Origin: Paramoeba atlantica
Lineage: Eukaryota; Protista; Discosea
Direction: 5' to 3'
NCBI GenBank assembly: GCA_977017575.1
Contig: CDRNVI010000026.1
Coordinates: 310,001-374,000 of the forward strand
DNA: 64,000 nucleotides
The first letter of the stretch is position 1. Each line of letters starts with the position of its first letter. The notes under the pieces were generated by a model. The model was not told where the DNA came from. It saw only the letters and a list, made by a program, of their open reading frames with translations, and made no database searches. Shown piece after piece: positions 55,027 through 64,000 of the stretch. Position numbers and translations under genes: made by a program.

Positions 55027-56157
55027 TTGATGTTATTTGAGAAATTAAAGAAACAGCAACGTCCGAACGTCGATCCTGAAAATTATTTTGTCAGACTTGC
55101 GTGTTGCTTTTGCGATGATATAAACACACTACACTACAGCATATCACATCTTTGGAGTTTTAAACTTGGATTGTTTGCTGTGTTTCCTCTCTCTTTCATG
55201 TCTCCTTTCCTTCTCCGTACTATCTTTATTTTGCTCTTCTTCCTCCGGACGCACAGCTTTGTTTCCTCTGTCGACCATTACCCCTCGAATGAACGTACAG
55301 TTCCTCACAAAGTTCGTGGGTCGGTTCTGCCACCGGACGTGGAGCTAACTCGGGCATTTGCAAACACCACAAGTCCACACTGGTCATGGGGACAAGAAAA
55401 CTATCACTACTGCGAGTGGCTCGGGGTGCTTTGCGATGAGTCCCAACACGTGGTGGAGTTGCTTGTATATTACTTGGAAGGAGAAATTTGTTGGCCGTTT
55501 CTCCCACATACGCTGTTGAGGCTCACTGTGCGGAGTGGATCGAAAGTGACCGGGGTTGTTCCTTTTGAGGCATTGCCACACGAGTTAACGCATCTTGAGT
55601 TAGGAGTGAACTTCCTTTCAGGTCCCGTTCCGACGCGTTATTTACCCCGATATCTGGAAACATGCTATTTACTGAAAAATCGATTCTCGGGCATCTTTGA
55701 TGCTACATCTCTTCCTGCACTACTCGTTGACGTAGATGTTTCGCACAACGAGTTTAGCGGCCTCTTGATCCTCACATCACTTCCTCCCCAATTAGGCCAC
55801 CTTAACGTTGAGCAAAATCAGTTCCACGGGACCATCGATTTGAGTCAACTTACCGCATATCTGCATGAGATAAACCTTTCGCATAACCGTTTTTCGGGAC
55901 CTATTGGTTTAGGTTCACTTCCGGAAAATTTACATTGGATTCGGCTGAAAAATAATACTGTCAATGGAAATTTGTCCTTATCGGCATTACCAGAAGGCTT
56001 CCGAGTACTAGATGCCTCGGAAAATCTCTTTGAAGGGTTTTCTCCGCAACACCTACCTGGATATGAGATTTCTTGTCGTAAACAAAGATTACGCATACGG
56101 AAACTGAAGCAACGCAAATCTTTGATGGCACATCGTAAACGAGGGCACCGTTGGTAA
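55027..56157 (+). CDS. LRR family protein with a hydrophobic N-terminal segment
   Basis: HKVRGSVLPPDVEL...WSW...YCEWLGVLC cap; about 8 LRRs; hydrophobic FLLRTIFILLFFL segment. Confidence 0.85.
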   Translation: MMLFEKLKKQQRPNVDPENYFVRLACCFCDDINTLHYSISHLWSFKLGLFAVFPLSFMSPFLLRTIFILLFFLRTHSFVSSVDHYPSNERTVPHKVRGSVLPPDVELTRAFANTTSPHWSWGQENYHYCEWLGVLCDESQHVVELLVYYLEGEICWPFLPHTLLRLTVRSGSKVTGVVPFEALPHELTHLELGVNFLSGPVPTRYLPRYLETCYLLKNRFSGIFDATSLPALLVDVDVSHNEFSGLLILTSLPPQLGHLNVEQNQFHGTIDLSQLTAYLHEINLSHNRFSGPIGLGSLPENLHWIRLKNNTVNGNLSLSALPEGFRVLDASENLFEGFSPQHLPGYEISCRKQRLRIRKLKQRKSLMAHRKRGHRW

Positions 56158-56333
56158 TATCGGATTGCATTAAGTCAGAAACCGAAAATAGCAGTATCTA
56201 ATTTGAATGGTATAAAGGAAATTAATACGTGCTATTTCAATGGGCACACCGCGTGTCACACACGTCTCGTATTTGTATGCCTCTGCTTTTGCTCATATTA
56301 GTAAAACGTTTTTTTACGTTACTGAATCTTGTA

Positions 56334-56894
56334 CAGGGGGGATCAGCTAATGCTGGGGGTATCTAAAATTTGTAAAACTTTTAAAATTTTGGAAAATATA
56401 GCACATTCGAGAGCTCTCACACAGCCCTCCTGTGGAGGATATATCGTTTTCCGTGCTTTTACACATGACGCATTTTAGAGTGAAAATACGTTTTTTCGAC
56501 TTACATTTTTGCATTTTTTTTTATTGTTTTTGAGATTTCTCCTGTTTTCATCATTCATGCCTCAAAGACGAGTATCTGCACGTTCACTTCGGGAGAAATT
56601 GCCGGAGAGCCGTTTCTCACCCCAGGGGACATAAATATTGTTATAGAGAGAAACGGGGGTCACTGTGAGTATTAGGTTTGGATTTACGTTTCGGGAAAAA
56701 ACGCCAGAATTTCTTAAAAAACTTACAATCGACGTTTTTGACCCTCCCACTATTTTATAAAACTGTTGATTTTATGCACAATGACATATCCTCCACAGGA
56801 GGGCTGTGTGAGAGCTCTCGAAGGCGCTATTATTTTCCAAAATTGGCCAAGTTTTACAAATTTTAGACCCCCCCGCATTAGCTGATCCCCTCTA
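56334..56894. mobile_element. Tc1-type MITE with ~120-bp TIRs related to the 11030 element
   Basis: TA|CAGGGGGGATCAGCTAATGC...GCATTAGCTGATCCCC; shares TCTAAAATT.GTAAAA...TTTTGGAAAAT...GAGCTCTCAC with the 11030 TIR. Confidence 0.8.
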
Positions 56895-57096
56895 TAATTA
56901 ATATGTATATTAAATCGTAAAGAATTAATTATTAATTCGCAGAGAATTAATTATTAATTCGTAAAGAATTAATTAGGCGGAATTCTATTAATATAGGGTA
57001 GCGAGGGAATAGCATCTCCCTCAATAATAAGAACTAATGCATGTTGATAACTTTTAAAACAGGTCACAATGTGAAACGTTAAACAACATACATGTA

Positions 57097-60021
57097 CTGT
57101 GACCCCCCCCTTTAATATGCACACGTTTTTGGGGTTTGTGCATATTAAAGGGGGGGGTAAGAGAGGGGAGAACCCGCCGCCCCCCCCCAAAAAAAAAAAA
57201 TTGCGCCGCTTCGCGGCGCCTTTCTCTCCTGTACGTGTTTTGATCTTACGTCGCATAGCGTATGGTACTTTTCAGCAGAGATGATGGCCGGGGCGGGGGG
57301 ACTGTTCGTGTGTGCCAGCATGGAAAATGTGAAGAACGTGTACATATTAAATATTAAAATATTTAATAAAAAATATTATTTGTAAGTTTAATTGTTGTAG
57401 CTCATATTATTAATACATGAAGTAAATGTCGTGTATGGTGAAACACGAAGAAGAGGGCGCGTACTAATGCAACAAGAAGCTAGTGCGGGGAAAAGTGTAG
57501 AAGCATCGAACAAAACATGGAAAAACCCCCACAAAAAATATCAGTGTAAAATTTGAGTATAATAGCGCGCACGTAAACTTATTTTGGATAGGAATTTGTA
57601 TCTCCGTCATTAATTTTCGGACAGCTCCCATCCATCCGCGGTCGCATCTTCAAGCGGCACATCGTTTATCAAATTGATTGTATACTCACAATCGGAATCT
57701 GAGTCACGGAGCGCTCCGACGGTTTCTTCGTCAGTACTTTGTTTTTCAGGAAGTGAGGGAATTCCTGGTCCGCACGGCCACCATGACTTAGAAAGATTCT
57801 TTCGGGTCAAAACATTATTCACCCTACTGAATGTGGCAGGATAGAACAGGAATGAACATAAATTGTTCACTACATGTATTCCACATTCATTTAGCGTAGA
57901 CTCCTGCTGCATGACTGGAGCATGTCGAAGACGAACATCCTCTATTGAGTGACCAAGAAGAGGACAGAATAATTTTAGAAAGCATTGAAGAAAATCTTGA
58001 CCAGCAATCGGAGAATAACCCTCGTAACTATCAAATATTGTCAACAGATGCTTTCGGAGTTCCGCGAAAAAAAAATGGTTGTTAAAAAAGAGTACCGCAA
58101 TAATTCGTGAGTCGGGGAAAATATGACTGAACATTTTGCGCTGAAAACCTAAAAGTAATCGAGTCTTTCCTGTGTTCAAAAAAACTATTCTTTTGTCTGC
58201 GAAAGGGGCTAGACGGTATGCCTGCAATACATTTTCGCATAATGTATCAACAGCATGCGTCGTAAGAAATCGCTTTCGACCGCGGAATCGTTTCCACTCT
58301 TTGTCATAGTGGGACGTGTTGCCCGCACTATCTTCTACCACAGTGGATTCTTGTGTGGGTTTTTCTCCTTTTGAAATTGAGGAGGGTGAGACGGCATGTT
58401 CAGGACATATTCCAAGAGTAGTTTTTGAGCCAACTGTAAGGCTTGACTCAATCCAAGGGTATTCAGTCGCAGGTCGCAAAATGTAAGTTTGTGCAACTTT
58501 TAATAAAGTGCTCTGGTTTTTTGCCCATACATGTGCATGTGCATCCTTAATCCATTGCAAAACAAGCGCACGAGTAACCTTCTGGACGCTATTTCGAAGT
58601 CGCCACGCGCTAAGCTCATTATATTGACGCTTGAATAAGCGATTAAAAACGCGATCATGGAATTGTATGGCTTTCGTACACCCTCCGGGTATCGTCTGTG
58701 GATCACAATTCGTTGGTACATTATTCGTTCTATGAGCGGTATAATCGTCCGTGATAATAACCGTCGAGGGGTTGTCAAGAGTATAGTGCAAATATTTCTT
58801 TAACATTCGCTCATAGACATCGTCAGTAACCCACCCAGAACGACTTACATCGATGTAAATCCCGCTCAGAGAATAAGCTAGACGTGTCATTTCAGTGTAA
58901 ATGGTAGAGCTTTCTCGATTCTTTGCATTGTGCTCAAAGATCACCGTTGGGTAAAGTGGAAATACCTTATCCAAAGCAAAATCATACACACCTGCAAGAA
59001 AAGCTGTAACTGTTTCTTTCGGATTGGTATCCACGACTTTTGGCTGTGGGCAACCAATCGGAGCAAGAGTGTATCCTTGAACTTCTCCATTTACAAACAT
59101 CGCAGTTTCGTCACCGAAGAAAGCGAAGCGATACTTACGCACGGTGTTTTGAGTATAAAATTTCTCTGCCCACTGAGAGATTCGAAATTCTACGTCACTG
59201 GGCGCCAGGCACTGCGTTCGACCCCATCTCCGCCACACCCATCCATAGTGCTTTTTGAAACGCTGATAAGTGTCTTCTAAAGCTGTTATAGAAGTTAATC
59301 TCGTTTTCTGTCGGATCAAATCGATCACCATCGACTTGGTCAGTGGGCACCACAATGCGGAGGCCTGCTCACAAGCACGATGAACAGACAGCATTGCCTC
59401 AGCCTTATCATAGACTTCGGCATTCGCATCACTATAATCCCCCCCTCTTTCATTGAATCCCCGGTTCCGGTGTTGGTTTCCCATGTTGCGGTTAATTAAC
59501 TTTTGGTAGTGGTCAATCCCCGTTTTACGAATTTCATAAACCGCTCTCCGTGATATACCATACTTTTGTTCGATTTGCTTTACAGAACTTTGAGATCTAC
59601 AAATTTCTCGCTTCTCGAATATAGTAAGTTCAGTACGCTGCCGTTTTTCCTGAACTGTTACCGTCGGGGTGTTGTTAATAATAAGGGATATGCGCTCCCC
59701 TACTTGCGGTTGGGGAGGGAGCTTCCGAAGCCAAGTGGTCAGAGGTCCACGCACAGAGTGAACTGTGGTCGGAACTCCGTCAGTATCTGACATAAGGGTG
59801 AAAAGTACGAGAGAAAGAGAGGAACAAGTATACAAATATATATTATCTCCACATACATAGATGCACATCAGAGGCTTAAAAGCACAAAGCCCTTTGAAGA
59901 AATTGGTTAAAAATAGGCAAAACATCTGCTCTCAAAAAAACGCTCCGAAAATTCAACATGGAATTTGTGCATATTAAGGGGGGGGAGGGAAGGGGGTGCA
60001 TATTAAAGGGGGGGGTCACAG
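57097..60021 (-). mobile_element. Full-length pogo/Tc2-like transposon, 2925 bp, perfect 26-bp TIRs, TA duplication
   Basis: TA|CTGTGACCCCCCCCTTTAATATGCAC...GTGCATATTAAAGGGGGGGGTCACAG|TA; extra motif copies at 57138-57157 and 59967-59985. Confidence 0.92.
57610..59925 (-). CDS. pogo-like transposase (CENP-B-type HTH, DDE_1, DD30D) fused to an Ulp1/C48 cysteine protease; likely start Met at 59793
   Basis: ELTIFEKREI HTH; GDET, SGWVTDD, TDDYTAH, IPGGCTKAIQFHD; protease motifs NNHFFF, IFDSY, QQESTLNECGIHV. Confidence 0.88.
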   Translation of the reverse strand: MFCLFLTNFFKGLCAFKPLMCIYVCGDNIYLYTCSSLSLVLFTLMSDTDGVPTTVHSVRGPLTTWLRKLPPQPQVGERISLIINNTPTVTVQEKRQRTELTIFEKREICRSQSSVKQIEQKYGISRRAVYEIRKTGIDHYQKLINRNMGNQHRNRGFNERGGDYSDANAEVYDKAEAMLSVHRACEQASALWCPLTKSMVIDLIRQKTRLTSITALEDTYQRFKKHYGWVWRRWGRTQCLAPSDVEFRISQWAEKFYTQNTVRKYRFAFFGDETAMFVNGEVQGYTLAPIGCPQPKVVDTNPKETVTAFLAGVYDFALDKVFPLYPTVIFEHNAKNRESSTIYTEMTRLAYSLSGIYIDVSRSGWVTDDVYERMLKKYLHYTLDNPSTVIITDDYTAHRTNNVPTNCDPQTIPGGCTKAIQFHDRVFNRLFKRQYNELSAWRLRNSVQKVTRALVLQWIKDAHAHVWAKNQSTLLKVAQTYILRPATEYPWIESSLTVGSKTTLGICPEHAVSPSSISKGEKPTQESTVVEDSAGNTSHYDKEWKRFRGRKRFLTTHAVDTLCENVLQAYRLAPFADKRIVFLNTGKTRLLLGFQRKMFSHIFPDSRIIAVLFFNNHFFFAELRKHLLTIFDSYEGYSPIAGQDFLQCFLKLFCPLLGHSIEDVRLRHAPVMQQESTLNECGIHVVNNLCSFLFYPATFSRVNNVLTRKNLSKSWWPCGPGIPSLPEKQSTDEETVGALRDSDSDCEYTINLINDVPLEDATADGWELSEN

Positions 60022-60337
60022 TATGTTGTTGTATGTATTAGCAACAGAACACGATTCTTTTTCAAAATCTGCCATACAGCAATTATCCATTTTTCGGACG
60101 ATCATTTTACCTAAATAAAACATAGACTATTTAGAACATTATATGCGTGCACATGACATTAGAAGACGTGCATTTGCGGCACTGCATCTCGATCAAGTTA
60201 TTTTAGCAGTTCGCTTTCTTTTGGTAAGCGAAATTGGTAACCTATTGGATATTGTAGTAGAAGTATTAACATCTAGGCAAAATTAAGATTCGTACTGATA
60301 TTTTGAGGGTTTTCTTAAAGGGATAAAAACACGTTTA

Positions 60338-60389
60338 TTTTAGGGTATTATTTTAGGGTATTATTTTAGGGTACTATTTTAGGGTACTA
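60338..60389. repeat. 4 x 13-bp repeat TTTTAGGGTAYTA
   Basis: Read directly; each unit contains TTAGGG. Confidence 0.85.
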
Positions 60390-60466
60390 TTTTAAGAACA
60401 AATGACGCCCTGATTAGGAAATAACACTCTTTTCTAATTTTGATGTTTTTCTAAATTTGAGAACAT

Positions 60467-62281
60467 TTGGACATTTTCAGGTCAATGGAGGGTGTTCCGA
60501 AAGCTTCTTTAGCTTTGCCCACAAAGACATTGTATGATGTCTCCCTTCAAGTTGTGCATATGGTGGGGAAATTGTGTGAAATATCGTCTCAAAAGTCTGA
60601 GGAGCCTGAGACATCAGTAGATCGTCCTTCAAACAATGGTTTCTTGACTCCTCTGCTTCAACTGCACATTACATTGCTACGATGCAATTCGCATTTTTGT
60701 GCAGCAGCTTCGTCTCTGTCGAACAATTCAACTGAACGCTCTTTTGACGCTGAAATAGTATCGAACATTGTTACTCTTGCGGATATCATGGGGCTCAAGT
60801 TTGGTTCAAACACTTCAGCATTCGTCCAATTGCATAAGATTATTGCTGTATGCATAGCAGTTTTATACGCACGCGCTTTCAATTTCTACCAACACGATAC
60901 CGATAAGGAAGATTTGGCTTCCACAAGTTTCCTTCCTTTGGCACCAACTCAGCTGAGTAGTTTTATTGAAGTAACCTTAACCGCTCACATTCTGCGTTTC
61001 GATCAAAATAGAGCATTAGAAATACACCAGCCCCGTTTGAGTGAATCGAGATCCTCTGTCAATTGGGGTAGCCCTCTACCTTATCCGAACAGCTATGTGA
61101 GCCCGATGCCAAAATTCGTAGCGCAAAGCTTCGGCTTCAATAGGCTTTCTCGTAAGCGCTCACGGAGCGCCTCCCTGGCAAGTTGTTGTAGTACTGCAGC
61201 TGATCCTGGGGTCCATGTCATCGAGCAAAACTCTTTTTCTCCTTTACATCCGCTGGTATTGGCAGATGTAATATACCACATGAGGTGTGTAGTGGCATAC
61301 CTGTTGGATATACAACTGATTGGTTCCGATCTAAGCGCCGTACGAGCACTTGATGTGCACATTATTTTTCTGATGAATTATTACGAAGATCTTCGAAACA
61401 AAAGATTTGCAGAGAAGCGCCGTGCACTCGAAGAAGGTTGCCAAGTATTTTCGAATCAAGGAGAAACGCAAGACAGTGTGAACCACATACCAATAGTGGA
61501 GTTTCTGACTCCAGAGAGGCCGTCCGTTGCAGAATGTGAACAAAACACCAAGAAATATGATACGCTGCTCTCTTCACTTGCAGAATTCTCCAAGCCATCA
61601 CCAAATATTCTACACGGCTCCGCCACTTCGGAAGGGTTGACTCCGGCCCATTGTGTGAAAGAGATTCATGGGACTACAACTTCTCTGCCGAATACGCCCT
61701 TGGTTTCGCGGAACATCTCACAACCTGGGACGCGAATACCCCGAAAAGTAGAAGATGTAGGAAAGGTATCAACTCAGGATACATGCTATGAATCTGGCAG
61801 GCATGAACCCGAAGAGCCCATCACGATGCTTCCGAGCGTCTTTCAAGTATTGTTTACAACCTCAGATCTGAACTCCACTCCGACATCGTGGAACAAAAGG
61901 GCCGAGGATTGGATAGTGTGCATGCCCTGGGTTGTTTATTTCTGGTCTTGGACACGGGATAGACTACTGATGCTCCATGATCACATAAACAGCATTGCTC
62001 TAGAATCGTCATGCATAGAAAACGGGCGAACGAGGTTTCTTTCGATCCGTACTGCTCTCTCGGAAACAACAGAAGTGTACAAGCGGGTTACTATGGCGCT
62101 CTCTTCGGCATACCGATCTCTGAAGCTAGGCGACGAGAACAAAGATTTAAATCCTGCATCTACATACCAAGATGTCCTAAAACCAGGTGAAATAAATGGC
62201 GTTCCTTTAGAAATCACAGATGAATACGGGTTAGATGTCTTCTCTCTGCCATCCGGCCTACGTTTGTTCTTTGAAATATAG
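60467..62281 (+). CDS. Hypothetical protein, 604 aa
   Basis: Long ORF on the coding strand; no recognised motif; start codon uncertain. Confidence 0.7.
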   Translation: MDIFRSMEGVPKASLALPTKTLYDVSLQVVHMVGKLCEISSQKSEEPETSVDRPSNNGFLTPLLQLHITLLRCNSHFCAAASSLSNNSTERSFDAEIVSNIVTLADIMGLKFGSNTSAFVQLHKIIAVCIAVLYARAFNFYQHDTDKEDLASTSFLPLAPTQLSSFIEVTLTAHILRFDQNRALEIHQPRLSESRSSVNWGSPLPYPNSYVSPMPKFVAQSFGFNRLSRKRSRSASLASCCSTAADPGVHVIEQNSFSPLHPLVLADVIYHMRCVVAYLLDIQLIGSDLSAVRALDVHIIFLMNYYEDLRNKRFAEKRRALEEGCQVFSNQGETQDSVNHIPIVEFLTPERPSVAECEQNTKKYDTLLSSLAEFSKPSPNILHGSATSEGLTPAHCVKEIHGTTTSLPNTPLVSRNISQPGTRIPRKVEDVGKVSTQDTCYESGRHEPEEPITMLPSVFQVLFTTSDLNSTPTSWNKRAEDWIVCMPWVVYFWSWTRDRLLMLHDHINSIALESSCIENGRTRFLSIRTALSETTEVYKRVTMALSSAYRSLKLGDENKDLNPASTYQDVLKPGEINGVPLEITDEYGLDVFSLPSGLRLFFEI

Positions 62282-62356
62282 AAGTGACAACATAGAAGTG
62301 GCAAAGAACAGTATAAGGTAAGAGTCCACATCTCTTTGATTTTTTTCAAGATTTAT

Positions 62357-62880
62357 TCAAGGCGAAAAAAACGTTGACTGGCGTGTACCTTCTATTCGGC
62401 CACGCTCCAAATCACCGTATCGTTTCCGATCGTTTACAATGCTGGACCACATTTCTATGTCTGTATAATCAGGAATACTGGTACGAGTGGTTCCACTACG
62501 ACGGCGTTGTACACGAATTCTCCCCCGACGGAGACAACCCTCCAAATTTTGACCCTTGTTCCGACTAATAAAACCGTAAATCGCCTTTCGGGAAATGCTC
62601 ACACCTTCTTTGCGTAAAGTAACAGATGATACATGTTGAGGGTTAAAGCGCCTACGTAGAAGAGACACCTAACTCTCTTTGATGTCCCCTTGAATTTTTA
62701 TTTGCGCGGGATTCCGTTTACTTGTCGACTGGTTCGCTGCTTGTTCGCCCTGCTTGGCGTTGTGCGCACCATCTCGATCTCCGCGTGGCAGTTCTCGACT
62801 TACAAACGACCGATTTATTTTTCCCTTTCGCGTAATTTGCACCTCGGTAAAGTCTTCTTTGTATCGAATCTTAGTATCGA
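62357..62880 (-). pseudogene. IS30-family-like transposase N-terminal remnant
   Basis: INRSFVSRELPRG (HTH); FNPQHVS...SISRKAIYGFI; IPDYTDIEMWSSIVNDRKRYGDLERGRIEG parallels IS30 SPEQI / SHETIY / I.ERP..V..R...GHWEGD. Confidence 0.65.
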
Positions 62881-63076
62881 ATCTCGATAAATTTTAAATA
62901 AGCTTTTTTTGTAATTGACGCGTGAAAGAATGGCAGAATGTCTTTTATCACATTACATTACGCATTACCAGGATACGTGGTACTCTTCAATATCAAAATT
63001 TTACGCTTTATAAAGGTACGGGTGTTATTAACAAAATTGATTCCGTTGTCATAGTTTTTCTTATATTTATGTCAAT

Positions 63077-64000
63077 ATGTATGTGCGAAAAAAGCACACG
63101 AAACAGAAACGGATGCTACTGCGATCCTTATACAACTTTTCTTCTCTCACACCTTTTTTACAAAGGCACCGCAAAGTAGTTGTACAACTTCCCGAAGACC
63201 TTCTGCCCTATGCCCTCCTAATTCAAGAACTAATTAAAGAAGAGTGGAACCATAGTCCTCAGAACGAAACTCTCTGTGCTAAAGCTGAGTCGTTAGGAGC
63301 ATGTGGCATGACATGTGCTTGCACTCCTAACATGGACGAACAGGGTGTCGCACTAAATACACTGGACGAACTAGCTTGTCCAAAGCCGAATGTTACCTGT
63401 ATCACCGAGAAGAAATCTTCCTGTGATCAAGGAAAATACGGAGCGCCGTCTATTGCGATTATGGCAGACACAACATTTACCTCATGTTGTCCCGATGAGG
63501 TATCCGCTGAACACCTTCCCGGGGTTGATGGAATTGTACACTTTGGAATGGATTGCGGGATTAAAACTTCCCGAATACCCATCCAGTATTGCAGACGAAG
63601 CTTCTCGTCTACGTTTCTTGCAAAATGGGAAAGCGTTTTAGAAAACGAGCTGAAGTCTGTATTTCATACTTTAGAGAGCTCTGAACAAACATCTGGGGAT
63701 TTCATTTCGAACGCAAAGGATGGCATAGCATCATTACGTATTTTGAGTATTGTTCTTGCTGCGGAGGCATATGAGCTCCTACCTATTATACGAACCGTAG
63801 CCAACCAACTTGCGGATGAGGCCAAACAACTCGGATGGGAATTCATTGTCGGTTCTACCACTACAAATGAAACGACCCCAGAGGGTTTCGATACAATACG
63901 CCTGGGCGCACTTCAGATCCCTCTGAAGGCCTCGGTCTATTTCCTTGTCGATCCTACGCTATCCGATGGTTCCCACGTGGGTGCTCTCCACGGGGCTTCC
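63077..64000 (+). CDS. DPH2: Diphthamide biosynthesis protein DPH2, running off the window end
   Basis: My translation, with no stop to 64000: KVVVQLPEDLLPYA...IMADTTFTSCCPDEVSAEHL...GIVHFGMDC...TSRIPIQY. Absent from the ORF track because it has no stop codon. DPH1 is not fully excluded. Confidence 0.8.
   Translation, partial: MYVRKKHTKQKRMLLRSLYNFSSLTPFLQRHRKVVVQLPEDLLPYALLIQELIKEEWNHSPQNETLCAKAESLGACGMTCACTPNMDEQGVALNTLDELACPKPNVTCITEKKSSCDQGKYGAPSIAIMADTTFTSCCPDEVSAEHLPGVDGIVHFGMDCGIKTSRIPIQYCRRSFSSTFLAKWESVLENELKSVFHTLESSEQTSGDFISNAKDGIASLRILSIVLAAEAYELLPIIRTVANQLADEAKQLGWEFIVGSTTTNETTPEGFDTIRLGALQIPLKASVYFLVDPTLSDGSHVGALHGAS

Noticed and set aside
56900-56990. Palindromic AT-rich repeats GAATTAATTATTAATTC
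   Set aside because: Low-complexity sequence between two TEs; no evidence of function.
60338-60389. Telomere
   Set aside because: Only four 13-bp units, internal, with genes on both sides.
60467-62281. Possible Fanzor/TnpB next to transposons
   Set aside because: No RuvC acidic motifs or C-terminal zinc finger recognised here or inside any Tc1/pogo element in the window.
1-64000. tRNA or rRNA genes
   Set aside because: GTTCGA-like hits (e.g. ~10650, ~21750) lack cloverleaf stems or lie in coding sequence; no rRNA-like tracts were seen.

Overview
Eukaryotic (protist) chromosomal DNA. All 22 host genes I can read lie on the + strand and appear intronless: 14 housekeeping or hypothetical genes plus 8 copies of one LRR family (6 intact-looking, 2 broken). 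Several are preceded by polypyrimidine tracts. This layout suggests a kinetoplastid/euglenozoan-type polycistronic unit (inference). Recognisable genes: CWC22 (5' partial), RSL1D1, a mitochondrial IF2-like GTPase, SmB, RRP5, an ABC half-transporter, DBP4/DDX10, ABITRAM/FAM206A, BCD1/ZNHIT6, GET4 and DPH2 (3' partial, missing from the ORF track). The intergenic space holds a diverse, often nested mobilome: Tc1-like DD32E elements and MITEs, an intact pogo-like DD30D transposase fused to an Ulp1/C48 protease, piggyBac-like MITEs, hAT and Harbinger-like remnants, CRE-clade and HERO-like non-LTR retrotransposons, TATE/DIRS-like RT and gag remnants, and a bacterial IS30-like fragment. Most striking: the transposase-protease fusion, tandem 2A-like motifs in a CRE-clade element, a repeat whose terminal hairpin occurs in flip and flop forms, strong antisense bias of TE ORFs, and recurrent C-to-G skew switches inside genes. 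All calls come from motif reading by eye; no searches were run.
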